A stretch of DNA of 64,000 nucleotides from Phoronis australis (lineage: Eukaryota; Animalia; Phoronida). Location of the stretch: assembly GCA_002633005.1 (NCBI GenBank), contig NMRA01000012.1, forward strand, positions 1,542,357 to 1,606,356. Direction: 5' to 3'. Numbering within the stretch: the stretch's first letter is position 1; each line of letters starts with the position of its first letter. The notes under the pieces are model-generated. The model was not told the origin of the DNA. It ran no database searches and was given only the letters and a program-made list of their open reading frames with translations. Below, in pieces: positions 41,701 to 52,537 of this stretch. Both the position numbers and the translations under genes were made by a program.

Positions 41701-42134
41701 TTGAGAAACAAGAGACAACGAGTGGCAGGCAAACGCCAGTTTCTCGTAGATCTTCGAGATCTCGGGAAAGGCTGTCAGTGGACAGCGCAGCGGAGACAAG
41801 ACGCGAAAGAAGTTCATCCATGGAGATTAGTATGCAATATTCTGCTGGTGTGTATTGTTGCGAAAAGTGTCCATATACTAGCAACAACAAAGCTAACTAT
41901 TTAAACCACAGCGAGAGACACAAGAAATCGAGTAAATTCAATTGCCCGTATTGCAGCTATAGTACAGGTCGGCACAACCAGTGTTTGAACCACACTCGAT
42001 TGCATTTCGCGTCCGACTCCGAATTCGATATGGACGACGTCAGTGCCAAGATTCTTGAAGCAAGCGCCACGGATACCCAGGATGCGTTTGAAGGGAAACG
42101 TAAACGTACGAAATCCCTGTGTGATCGACAGTGA
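35757..42134 (+). CDS. Large multi-C2H2 zinc-finger transcription factor (2125 aa, about 25 fingers, mostly in pairs)
   Basis: Uninterrupted 6.4-kb ORF with about 25 CxxC..HxxxH motifs, HSEEKPF-type linkers, NLS-like PPKKKRP and PAKKRRL, and PIDLS and PLDFS motifs. An in-frame acceptor TTTTACTTGTAG| at 35729 shows the exon begins at 35730, so upstream exons exist and the true start could lie further 5'. Confidence 0.95.
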   Translation: MAAIGDVSVISDAHDTSHKEICTRDAEFLRIETQVHGETDVLHVEDSGHSLSDDDIGSWTSNGYNDSTHTVNDDNEADYSEQEEVDGDKCIRQHNYTCNDCGLTSSNVKHGQSIASSNCKKCSYATKCKQKLLTHETAHARLDNSEAPLVATKTVGDSSPPRLIVNEQNCVDQEKAITKVEEGMADSNINEQSVENTNVDKHKHNKAAANWSTEQDCQNTEDELDKSAETKTTEETEWAVNNRMDDEDFRKTISVPTHAIPPLDESDSEEEGALFIAEDEAEKGTATPGSKSSEISSLVPASRSPQMSLAEHGELPPKKKRPPRQEIDPNKYKEILDEEGKIKYSCTACGSAYTWKKSLSKHWKEKHDDSKIVRSSGSPLVGNLAKTSALAPQLSARLNCDRIVDKMTSPVGYTPINIPKYMHSRPVFNSLSYFPISGVGTEEDYKEPSRDNGDVYGNPFTEVMHQKSKSDLGRIQPMDQPIDLSIKKEPPEHEDINSAQRQLDIPLDFSMVKDTRDSPRFDAGGFIESSASLQCSKCGQVATDLEEFNKHMELHLTKRGHNCAECRTKFRTSDDLNRHFSDVHRDKILDTAQIAHQMDRGTQQSKSELRQNVGGLNCTECDFIAKWPTELQKHAMVHSSERPFVCMVCNADYKWKWDLVKHFDKSHHSLPNPYRKRDLSPHFKTVELGESLEPARKRKSSEVKHAITDENPPFMCSVCGFHCKFQFQMVLHMREVHEIIVEESDTRGSNGDKMTYVQRHQSELKINIPQQKMYDSDEELELSEMEVPLSSPGTHASARVRESLKQHLTHIKQQPKQPIATSIEKLSSADILLPYKCSLCEYRARWPSEITQHMKNHSDEKPYLCPRCSYRSKWKWDVVKHLKRCGGGTIKDVIDTTKHKTPKYQRSTLPKFIPPGEKFITVPPPHLASSPSPPPAHSSHVKGRPVSEPQDDPATNISNADIPAAHTVLPSTTLSHSPLTPTARSATPEKTRPSFPMSLGLMPVSKNSPSPVLTSTNKSDNNIKVNSLLTSGGSLIKHHTEEKADAMYGQPAVATSALLAQLETGFPRVKSKPVHGLINEGLHHCLNCAFVASSPAELRRHIILHSEEKPFRCESCEYQTKWKCDLKKHVQAYGHRTSTKFVARSKAGRMNESLNLSSETTVNNSYQEDYVQTNERDQKDPLLQCESCDYTTHKRHLLESHQKIHEKPGQVQGNNKYKCKQCQFNANDLPSFLQHKVEHSNQQAQRAAAGSPASVADDDVKARENCHSPKQGRHSRKPTKKIYCSLCPFACVDPVRMEYHNRMHVERSTFTCNFCSFSVEDKNEVEHHMHIHPEYTRTYIPSVNLESSTSDPFPTAEGYEITRKGNRKLYQCKKCPYSNESHGNITRHVEKHGQNSKYKCPKCDYSLDRLNLLLQHTRGVHGIHDADKVWLNYSNFMQSVSQLKQMRHHSPRGASEEKSPQLEVQKEYQISDNPRNLAVRGGAMQVVFRGVKHKMYKCPKCPYKSKKEVNCHNHIRMHGTHGSFMCSHCDYGANKMEIVKRHMENVHNDVDALVLINKPQETTQTIAGHVTPNEGRCVDHETAEFFPRPQVMEMEADEKLPAEEGESDYATYRENVVTPTNQEARPFFPKPRHKSPMYGSPKLRRCNICPYAVKGRLPFERHMECHNKDGRYTCKHCNYSLDRLNLLYQHMQLHGDMSKDIPSKNKSSMKIFNRRKMLTGDVKSDDFTFIPTGFVSGAAEKELSYQQKRLNEQIVDEIKRESDQADSSLFKHTKNSNSVFPEREMTSPVNRSNKSSVATESDKCEFVCHSGETNQDEGDGFALKHNSNGTAVDESSYDLQSCPECPFIAETDEECEKHYKCHANRYKYQCDYCSFSHDRVDLLYQHRKLHSDTADFDTNPDPSKLEATQEDLELPLQHNESLTGKDVDESGESVPPAKKRRLGETVNNEENDSTREETGEGMEQQLEHRVCSINDADKHSVVEKQETTSGRQTPVSRRSSRSRERLSVDSAAETRRERSSSMEISMQYSAGVYCCEKCPYTSNNKANYLNHSERHKKSSKFNCPYCSYSTGRHNQCLNHTRLHFASDSEFDMDDVSAKILEASATDTQDAFEGKRKRTKSLCDRQ

Positions 42135-43850
42135 CAATACGACATCAACATAACGAAGGATACCTTCATGAAAGTAGTGTAGTTATTAATCGTGTATTCT
42201 TTGGTGATTGGGTTTGAATGTGAATGTTTTTGCGGTGAAGGTGATGAAAACATGCGTAACATCTAGAGGTTTTATGTCGCGTCAATGCTCAAAGCAATAT
42301 ATACCCGCCTTCCTCCACAAAAAATCTTTTGATTTGGACTACTTGCCGTTAAGAAACTGGACTCAAATTGTTCATTTGTAAAATTAAAAACGATTTCAGA
42401 GCTTCAAAGGACAGACAGTTTAATAGTTTTTTGAAAACAGGCGCTACAAGTTGGCTTGTCTTGATATGACTTCAAGGGTTAACGAAACCTTCAGAAATCA
42501 CTTCTCACTTGAATAAGGAGCAAGTCGAGACGAGTTTTACCTCAGTAAGTAGTCTACATGAAAGTCAAAAGTTCGTTTCTTGGACAACAAGCGGGTTTAT
42601 AATTGCTTTAAACGTGTTGACGACAGAAAAAAAATGATGGCTCGTAAAATCTTAAGAAATGCTTCTGTAAAAAAATCTCACTAGCAACTATGCAAGTATG
42701 TGTGTACATAGTATACACAGGGGTAAGGTATGACTTGGGCAGAGGGCAACAAGTACATTCCTTTTTGTAGAGCAGCTTAGATAGTACTTGTGATGCGACT
42801 GGCCAGAGTCCTGACACCTCACTTTATTCAAGACTTCGTCTAGATTTGGCCAATCCCGTCTCGAGTAAAGTTTTGAATTTCACGCCATGTGATTCGTTAT
42901 ATTGGAGTGCCTAGTCACAAGTAAAGCTTTGCGATCTAGGGCCATACTGTAGGATTATCGATTTTCATGAGATGATGAAGAACAATGCAAAATAGTTACA
43001 TGCTAACACTCTAGTCTTCGTCGGTGTTAGGTTTTGCTTTTAGGGAAATAGTTCCTACCAAGTGTTTTAGTTTATGAAAGTATTTAGGTAGCTAGCGTAT
43101 AGATTAGCGTATTTTCAGGTTTTCTGAGTTAGGCAAGCTATTGTTGTGACGAAGAATTTTCGATACCGTAATAATTATGTATCTGGGAAGACACTCGCAG
43201 TGTGTTGCAAGGTTTCATGAGATCAGGGGAACGCTTTCCTCTAACTCTCCGCCTGCTTGATTGCAAATTATAAACTAAATTAAATAACCACGTGTCGGAA
43301 CCCTATTCATCCTGTAACAGGAAATCTATTCCACCCAAAACGGACCCAGGGTGCTTCAGGAAGTTTAAGTGTCCAGAAATCATTTTTAAAACGTCTGGTT
43401 TTTCAATAATTTGGCCATTTCAATGCTATTCGATCTCGGGTGATCTCTCGATTCAGGTCATGTCTGAAAATAATGAATTGCTTTCGTGGCAAGTTTTGAA
43501 TTGTCTCCATTGACAGTAGTTGAAAGGATGCGCCGTCGCTGTAGCATTGCTAATCTGGTCTATTGAACCCTATGCACTAATCTTCTATGCAATATTATTG
43601 ACTGCTTTGTAAAACTACTCTCCAGGCTTTCAAACGTCTGATTTATAAAGTTCAAATATTCATCTCCAATGACGGAGCCTTTCTTGATTTTGAGCACAAG
43701 TTGAAATGTTGACCTTTTCGTATTTTGGTGAGTGGTTTTATTATTTGTACTCTGAGTAAGGGGATAGTGATTTTAATTGCATTTAACCATGTTTAATTTT
43801 AACGTACTGCATTCCAATATGTTGCATGTCTTTGTTGCTTTTATAGGAAA

Positions 43851-43856
43851 AATAAA
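43851..43856 (+). other. Probable polyadenylation signal of the zinc-finger gene
   Basis: AATAAA at the end of a T-rich 1.7-kb 3' UTR-like stretch; the strand composition switches to A-rich just after it. Confidence 0.5.
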
Positions 43857-46800
43857 TGAAGTGGTTCATGGAGAATACTATGTACTCACTGACTGGCAGT
43901 TTCAAAATTTGAAAAATAATTTCAAAAGGCAAACAGGAAAATTCGAATTTTAGAACATCCCCCAGATCTAGTGTGGGGCCGGACAGATGCTGAAAGTAAT
44001 ACTAAGAAGAAAGCTGAGAACAACAAGATTTAAAAACATTTAAACTTGTATTTGAGATAATAATGAGTAAACATTAATTACTCTTTAATACAAAATGATT
44101 AGTTGAACATAAGCTCTGAGATTACAGATATAGCCTATATTTTATCAAGATGATTGAAATGAAAGATTCAACATATTTGAACATACATGGTACTGGTTGA
44201 GGAAACTTTCAGGCATGCAATCAGAAAAATTTCCAACAAAAATGTAAAGTATTAAAAGTTGGATACAAAACATTTCCACACTAATACGAAACCTAAAGCT
44301 ACATGCAGTAGTAAGACCAAAGAATTAAAGGTTTTTTAAAACTTTGGTCAGGGTTAGACCTAATTTGATCTGGGGAAACTAGTTCAGCCCATAAAGCAAT
44401 CATGTAAAATCAGGACTTAAGATTTTTCCTGGTAAGAATATGCAGCTTTGAAATGTACCCTATACCAAAAAATAATACTAAAACTGAGATTCTTAAAAAT
44501 AAAAACCCATCATCTCAGTTGACAACTCCTGTTTTCGCCCTAATTCACTGACAAAACTCCCATCACCAGTGTGCAAAAACTAACAATACAATGCAGGGGG
44601 GTTTTGACATACTTAAATTTCTCATAGAGTTAATAAACTTACTTTCACTTTTACCATAAAAAAATATTTGGAAAAATTATGATTCACTTATAAATAGATC
44701 TACAAAAACAGAGGTCAGTGTCCACCAAATGATTACTCATTAGCGCAATGTCAAACTGCTCTCAGCACAGATGCCTTGGTAGTGGTAGATGAGCACTACC
44801 GGACAAAAGTGATCAGAAAAAGTACTGTTTCTCGGTTATGACGGCTAGTTATGTTAACAGCGAAAATGACTGGTAATAACCATTACAGAATGGCTTGGTC
44901 ACCTCACTAATTTTTCTGCTAATTCCCTTCTTTATTCGGTCATGGGGGAAAACTCCTCTAACGAACAATTTGTATTCAGTCCAGCCGTCTTGACGAGTAA
45001 TTTCGCGTCATTTTGTCCGAATACTTTTAGCTTGTACTGTGCAGCGAATTGGTTTCAAAAACATTCAATATCCAATAACAGCTATTCCAAGATGACTTAA
45101 CATTGGTTAAAAAACAACTCATCCTCAGGGCTTGCTTGCACACAACAATACATTATGCAAACAGTTTCAACTGTGGATATAGGAACCAAAATACGCGATT
45201 AAAATTACAGAAATTTCACTTCTTAAAAAGGAGCAAAAATGCATTGTAAAGGCTTTTGTTATAAACACCCTGAAGAAAGTGCACGAAACATTCTAACAGA
45301 TTATCTCAATCACTCACTTAACACTTCTCACCATTCTCAGGTGTGGTGTGGTTTACAGCATCCATCACCAGCATTTTATACACAAAACAACTTTTAGGTT
45401 ATGTAGGACCTTACCAACATGTCTGTGTATATAGGCAAATGACCACAAAACTACCAGGTATCAACTCAGAAATGAATACATTTTTGAAAGCAGAAAACTT
45501 GTAGAAATTGATTTTTGCCTTTTTACAAAACTTAATTTCATCACGTGACCACGTTTTTTTGTAAAATATAGTAAAAAGCAAGGTAAAATGATAGCAGAAC
45601 GACGGCAAAAATAACATGACCAAATTTGGTTTCACATAAATGTTCAAGATGAAGCGTCAAAAATGATGTCATAGTTTTCTAAATTATCATTTTGTTGTTT
45701 TATACAACTTCTGAGTTTTTTCATGAAAAGCATAAAAGTCCAATTTCTGGATGACCATATACAAATTTTAAACATTTTTCTAGGGTAACCTTAACAGCGA
45801 CATAAAAACACCCAAACAATAGCTAATACAGGAGCCAGGATGATACCAGAGAAGGTAGGGGGCAGCACTGCGCAGTGTACCAAGTTGACTGCTTAGGTAC
45901 ACACCCTACACACCACATGTTGAGTGAAGAACTAGTCTTCTTTAAATCTCTGAAAAACAATAACCCATAAACAAGCTTCAACACTAACACGACCATTTGT
46001 TTCTAAATTTCATTCAAGAGCAATGCACAGCTGTGAAATGCTCCCACAATTGCACCCAAGTGGGGTGTTTATTTGTATCATAAAAATGGCCATTAGATGA
46101 CTCAGAATACAAGGAGTCCATTCAAAATTTGGAAGGTGTCGTCATCTCTCAAATTTATTTGTCATTTCTGAAAATCCGTAAAAGAACACCAATTATACAA
46201 AGGCAAACATCAAAAAATAAACTGCCATTAGGAACCACATCAGTAGTCAAATCCATCCATCCATCTGCGGCCAAGTTAATAGGAATACAATTGCAAAATT
46301 TCAAAAACTTCTTAGAAGGGGTTTAGGAGATACAGCCATAGATGCGAAAAAAGTCACTAGGGTGCACCACAGTAGTTAAAATACACGTCAGTCATGCTCT
46401 TGTCAGCAGGAACACATCTGCCAATTCTTATAACGATCCTCTGCACTGTTTAGCACATACAGAAGCGGAAGTCAAAAAAACAGAGTAAAAAATAATTAAA
46501 ATGGTCACTAGTTGGTACAGAATACGTCGAATCCGTCACAAGAAGGAAAGATGCTGTCGTCTTCATGATAGAACTTTGTTTGCCCAATTTCATGAAAAAG
46601 CATCAAGGAACAATAAAGTTACAGAGGCAAAGGTAAAAAATAAAACTGCCACTAGGGAGCAGAGCTGTTGTTGGATTGGTCTTAAACTGGCCAAATTTTG
46701 ATGATTCTTCAAGTGCTTTTGTGGATGGAGAGGGTGATGCCAAAAACGTACTCAAAAATGGTTAAAATGGCCACCAAGTGGTGCAGAATATGTCTCATCC

Positions 46801-48216
46801 GCCTGAATATGAGAAGGTCTCATCGTCTCCTTCTTAGAAAGTTAATAACAAAAGCAATGCAAAGCATTGAAATTCACTCAAGACAGCACTGCAAACAGTG
46901 TGCTTCTATGATGTTTTTAGTATCACAAAAACAGCCATTAGGTGGCGGAGAATGCGCCAAACCCGTCCGAATTGAGAAGGGAGCGCAGTCTCTGTAATAC
47001 ACAACTATTTGCCAAATTTTATAAAATGTGTAAGCCAAGGTACTCATCAGATTTAGAAGTAAACATAAAAAACAGGTAACACACACAGCTATAGCTTGAT
47101 TGGTAGGCAAAAGATTCAAAATAATGCTGTGACCTAAAAGTTATTTGCTCCATTTATTACAAAGCAAAAAGGTGCCACTTTTGAAAATTGAAAAACAATA
47201 ACGTCAAGAACAAAAAACAGCTATGATCAGCAACATTTACCTATCAAATCAAAACGCACGCTGAACATTTTCAACAGTATTCCACCAACATTTGCTGACA
47301 GATGTGGAAATTGACATACGTGTCTTAACATTTAACTTCTCAAAATGACTGTTTACTCATAAGTCGTCATTCAGATAAGTCGTCACTTTTAAGAAGGTCC
47401 AGTCAGTTAAAAAAGCGAACAAACTTTTAAATGCATTACTTTATGCATGACAGCCATTCTAAATACTTGGTATCTGTAACTGTAAAGAAGTAAATAAAAA
47501 TACCCTTACCATCACACTGGACGAAAAACAAAATGTTTTGCAAAATCTGCTCTTTGTTGCCCTAGATTTATCCCCTAAAGTTGAAAAAAACATGAAGCTA
47601 AATCCGTCTTAAAGCAGCAGGATTGATGTTCACATTATCCTCTCGAAGTGGTTTTGCATTCAAAATGTCCTCAGGTGACTGCTTCGGAAAAAAGTGGCGG
47701 AGCTATTTCAGAAACTTGTTTTGCTGACTGCCCCCGTCTGTCGCAGACGCAGACTTGAAATACCAGCTAGGGTTTACTTTGTCAGCAGTTAAATAATAAA
47801 AAATCCTGAGTGCTTTCGTTGGCAGGTGATCAACTTAAAACATTTTAATGGTGCATTTAATGGTCAAAATTTGAGAAATTGGAGTGTCGTGTCAGGGCAA
47901 ACAAAACAATCTCAAAAGAGCCACACTGGGGTTTCATCAAATCTTATTTCCGAAGGGGACACTTTTGAAAATTCCAAGTAGTGTAAGGTACCTCTTCACT
48001 AATTTCACATACACAATGTGGTACGTGGATTTTCATTTTATGATTTCTTTTCAACAAAAAGAACATTCTGGCTCATTCATAGCATAGTTTGTGCTGCACA
48101 CGAGCCATATACCAACACTTTGTGGAATTACAATGGAAAAATACAATTTTAACAACTAATTTTGGGCGACGTAACTGAAGAACTACCATACCCACAGAGT
48201 AGTAGTACACTCAGAC

Positions 48217-48435
48217 TCACTCACCCCATTTCTGCAGGACAATGGCTGCAGCAACAAATATAACGGAGAGGATGAACAAGAAGAGCACTACGTCCCAACG
48301 TCGTCCTACACTGGCTGGCAGTGACGTTGAGGTCACAGACTGAGTGACCTTATGAACAGTGCCGGAGTCACCTGAGTCAAAGTTCAACCTGCCTCGTGAC
48401 CTCAGCATTGGCCGCTGGAGTATGGCTGGGGTCTC
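48217..48435 (-). CDS. Chromodomain-transmembrane protein, exon 4 (C-terminal TM helix)
   Basis: TTTTCTTCAG acceptor, phase 0. Encodes ETPAILQRPMLRSRGRLNF...GRRWDVVLFLFILSVIFVAAAIVLQKW, then either reads on to GE* (stop at 48217) or splices at G|GTGAGT (48224) to an unidentified short last exon. Confidence 0.75.
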   Translation of the reverse strand, partial: ETPAILQRPMLRSRGRLNFDSGDSGTVHKVTQSVTSTSLPASVGRRWDVVLFLFILSVIFVAAAIVLQKWGE

Positions 48436-48976
48436 CTGAAGAAAAGCAATCACAATGCATGTTACTAGTGGGACCCTTTGGACGGATCCCTCGGTGTCAA
48501 AGGGCACAAAAGGTCTGTTTTGTGAAAAGCGACTTCAAGACTTTAGACAGAAATTTGGTTTCGCATGATTAAGGGTTTAGCCATGTAATTATTAGCATGA
48601 CATTACAACCAAGAAATAATTTAAACAAGTTATATCTCGGTAAATAGAGATTATGGGTATATTCTCAGATTTTGTATTTTTGCTTTAAAGTGAGATTTAA
48701 TCATTTAAATAAATAGTTGTGTCAAGTATGAGACAAAATTTCTGACTTAAGTCTTTAGTCACTTTTCATGAAAAAGATAACACAAGCCAATATACAAAAG
48801 CATTACCCAAAACCTCATAGGCATTATCAACCCAGGTATATTGTGTAACCTGCTGTCATAGAGCTGATATCAAGCGACAACCCTAAATTACCCAGTTCAG
48901 GTGAAAATTTCACAAATATTTGCACTCAAACACTGATTGACTAATGAACACAAATCAAGGAATCAATTTGCCTTAC

Positions 48977-49177
48977 AAAGTTAGTCCTAGTAGCCGATGT
49001 GACTGTTGTTGTTCTCTGTGTCACTGTTCGCGTATTCTCTGTGACTGTACTGCTGGAGGTATTCTTGGTGACACTGGTCGAGATTCTACCTGCACTAGTG
49101 GCTGCCATTGTCGACGTCCTGCCTGAGGATCTGGTCAAAGGCTTAGTGCTTGACTTGGCAGCTGGCGTGGCCTGAGA
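48977..49177 (-). CDS. Chromodomain-transmembrane protein, exon 3 (Ser/Thr-rich linker)
   Basis: TTGCAG acceptor and TTT|GTAAGG donor; 201 bp, phase 0-0; SQATPAAKSSTK...TTTVTSATRTNF. Confidence 0.75.
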
Positions 49178-49679
49178 CTGCAATGTAAGCAGAGGCAAGT
49201 TACAGGCCACCAAAACCTTTAGATGATGCTGAATTACGTGGACATCATTATGAGCCCTGTACACACAAGTACTGTTGATGGCGGAGGTAACACTCAGAAC
49301 ACAGAACATGAAAAGAAATTAACATGTACATCAACACTGAATCATAGATCTTAAATGGAGGTTTCACTTACCTTATCTTTCTGGAAAGGTGAATGGCACA
49401 TATTGAGGTCACGCTTTCCTGTGATGCCTTTTACGCACAATATCAGGAAGCTGTTCTGTTCATGTTACTAGAAATGTTTTCCATACAGTATCCCCCTGAC
49501 AATTCACTGGCTCTCCTCCATAGCAAATAACTAAATGGAAAGCTTCAGACAAGCTTTCAGTGAACAGACGATGTGCTGACCAGAGCCAACTTAAAAAGCA
49601 CATCATAAGACAAATTTAAATTTTGTCCTAAACAGAAATTATCAAAGTTAGACTCCTGCCTCGTTAATATGATGCAAAC

Positions 49680-49826
49680 CTTTTTAAATGCTTCCAAGAT
49701 TTCTCCACAATCTAGCAGATTTTCTTCAGGCTCCCAACTGTCCTCTTCGGGGCCATACCTTGCCCACCGTATGTAGTACAAGTTGGATTTTCCTGGCCTC
49801 TTTTTCATACGCAAAATTCGCTCAAC
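49680..49826 (-). CDS. Chromodomain-transmembrane protein, exon 2 (chromodomain body)
   Basis: TTTCATTTAG acceptor and AAG|GT donor; 147 bp. VERILRMKKRPGKSNLYYIRWARYGPEEDSWEPEENLLDCGEILEAFKK is a canonical HP1/CDY/MPP8-type chromodomain. Confidence 0.92.
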
Positions 49827-50719
49827 CTAAATGAAACAAATATTAGCTTGTGAACCTCTTTAATAAATACTCCTTGTGTAACAAGTTCTATATGCTGGAT
49901 TCCCTTTTTTCTTTTTAGACATAAGATTAAGTCTCTTCTTCATTTACAAAATCAAATTGGCTAAATCAATGCCACTGCTCTCACTAGCTTAAAATTTTCA
50001 CCCGAAAAACAACTCTAGAAACGAGAACACTGTCAAGGGTTGCGTTTAATGGCTCTTTGCTGGCAATTACCTCGCAACTGTTGAAACCTTTGCAAGCACT
50101 AGATCATTTACTTCAAAGGACATATTTGCAGTGGCCTGTATTTACTGTTGCGTTAATTTTTTTCAGAGAAACCCTAACAACGGATCAGTTATTGTCATTC
50201 AATTATTGCGAGATCTCACAAAAACTATGTCTTGCTATACGTACAACATTCATAGTCCAAACAGAAAAGTTGAAAGTGCAAAATCAACTGCTGCACACTC
50301 GCCCGAGGAAGTGAGTCGTAGTCACAAGTAAGCAAGTAAGCAAAAAATTATTTTGCATCAGGGAAGACAAGTACAACAACAAAACGTCAGCACACGTGCT
50401 AGTAACCGATAAGAAATAAGAAATTAAGCAAAGTGAATATTTACAGTATTTGTAAAGGCAGACCATGAACATAACATATAGAACAAATGACAATGAGGTA
50501 CAGAAAGCAAAATATTGCATGGACTCACTAACAGCAATCCCAAGTATCCTTGACAATGACACAGAAATTTTAAATGTTTGCCAGTTTTAAAGTCAAGAAC
50601 GTCCGCGTAGTAACATAGTTCATTTTGCATTCCAGAGAGAAACTCCTTGATGACGAATTGAGTTTGTATCGTAGGTTGCAGTATTGAACCAGGTAACAAC
50701 TAGCCTACCAATGTATTTT

Positions 50720-50862
50720 CGGTAAAAGTCAAGTGAATGGGTCCCTCTTCAAAATGGCTACCGGGAACCAGTTTTCACTAAATAACAGACATTGCCATTA
50801 CTCAGTAAAAACTGCTTCCTGGCAGCCATTTTGAAGAGGGCTCATTTAATTGACTTTTACCG
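50720..50862. mobile_element. Foldback/MITE, imperfect hairpin with arms of about 65 bp
   Basis: CGGTAAAAGTCAA..CCCTCTTCAAAATGGCT... is mirrored by ...AGCCATTTTGAAGAGGG..TTGACTTTTACCG. Confidence 0.75.
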
Positions 50863-50904
50863 CATTTCCTTTTCAAACATTGTGTGGCATTGTTTTCGGT
50901 AGCC

Positions 50905-51974
50905 TTGGTACAAAGCTATAACTACATATACAGCTTTGCACCGATGTGGGTAAAAAAGTGTTAAGATAAAATCTGACACAAAATTAGTTACATTAAAAGC
51001 TAGTCTTCCTTGCGTAAACTAAATTATTTAACGGTGTTGGAAAAAATGGCGTTCTACCGTTATTCTGCTGCTAAAGTTTTGGAGCGAACTTTAGCGACGA
51101 CTTTCGGTGCCACGAAATATTGCGTCACCTATTGGCCAGTTTCTTTTTTCGCTGATTCTTCAATCAACTGTAGTTATTCTTTCACGAGGTTGTGTACACG
51201 TCATGCAACAAATTATCATAACTGGTTTCACTTCAATATAAGTTTCTAGAATTTTGATACCGAAAAACCGAATTTCAGAAGAAATTTTGCAGTTGCCAAG
51301 CTATCATCATCTCCTGAGAGATGTCGCAAAAATTTATGAAATGGCGTGTGCCCGTGACACGAGCGTATTGTTTTCAAAACGACGACAGCTAGCTGTATGA
51401 AGACTATTGACAAAATACAGCTAGGTACCACTGTGTGTATTTCTTCCGCAGACCCTGAAATTGCACACAGTCAGGTTAGTTCTGCTCATCACCTCGCCGT
51501 GAAACTTGTATCAACATGTAAAGCTAAAGACAAGACGGGGTGCATGCAAAATCTGGGAATCAACTGACACTCACCTTGCCCGTTACAGCCGTTTAAGTGA
51601 AAAACAATGCAATAAACGTCATTTTCTTGCCTAACTCACCGCTAATTTTCTAACAATGAAAAGTATGTCATCGTTTTGAAAACAGTACGCTCCTGTCACG
51701 CCCACGCGCCATTTCCTAAATTTTTGTGACACCTCTGATGATAGCTTGACAGCAACAAAATAACGGTAGAACACCATTTTTTCCAACACCGTTAAATAAT
51801 TTGTACTCAAGAAAAACTGTAGTTTTTAATGACACTAATTTTGTGTCAGATTTTATCTTACCACTTTTTTACTCACATCGGTACAAAGCTGTATATTTAG
51901 TATACACCTTTGTACCAATAAAGGCTAAGTGGTACCTAGCTGTATTCCGATGATAGTCTTCATACAGCTAGCTG
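50905..51974. mobile_element. Composite long-inverted-repeat element(s)
   Basis: 50905-51070 and 51284-51385 are reverse complements of the contiguous block 51663-51918; 51386-51432 is the reverse complement of 51928-51974. Confidence 0.75.
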
Positions 51975-52251
51975 GATGGCTAGGTTTTTGGTTCAAAGCA
52001 TTTCAGGGACTAGACAGTGACCACCATCTCCATCTGTAGGTAGCCCCAGAGCCAGACGGTGAAGGAGCTTAATTCAGCCTTAATTGCCTTAATTCATATG
52101 CCGGAAGCTTTTCAACGATGTCTTCAATTCCTTTCAACTCGAACGAGCACTCTCGCAACTTTTTCAAGCAGTCCTTCGTGCATAATGCTTTACTTTTTTT
52201 AGACAACAGAACAAATTTACTGTGGATTATAGAGTGTAGGACGGTTGCTCT

Positions 52252-52359
52252 CACAGGCGTCCTCAGCTTCTGATCGTCCCCAATACACTACATATAATAC
52301 TACAAGGTAGTATTATATGTAGTGTATTGGGGACGATCAGAAGCTGAGGACGCCCTGTG
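52252..52359. mobile_element. 108-bp palindromic MITE with 8-bp TSD (hAT/P-type)
   Basis: Perfect 48-bp arms (52256-52303 / 52307-52354) around an AAG loop; CACAG...CTGTG ends; GTTGCTCT duplicated at 52244-52251 and 52360-52367. Confidence 0.9.
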
Positions 52360-52537
52360 GTTGCTCTCTGATCTCATACCAGGGGAAAATATGTGACATA
52401 AGATCTAACAAATGCATACTAGATATTAAGCTTACTGGCATCATTTAACAGATGTCGTAACCTAAACAGAATTGGGTGATATATTTCTTTGTTATGAGTC
52501 ATCGGGAAATTTAGGTGGACTAAGACTAAGAGCTTAC

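Noticed and set aside
35757-42134. Naming the zinc-finger gene REST or hunchback
   Set aside because: Only single-finger resemblance; the diagnostic contiguous finger arrays of those families are absent.
35741-42262. Many antisense and alternate-frame ORFs over the zinc-finger gene
   Set aside because: Expected shadows of a long coding exon.
49680-49826. Chromodomain as a chromovirus integrase remnant or as an HP1/CBX gene
   Set aside because: It has its own ATG exon and introns, with no integrase or LTR nearby, and no chromoshadow or Pc-box downstream.
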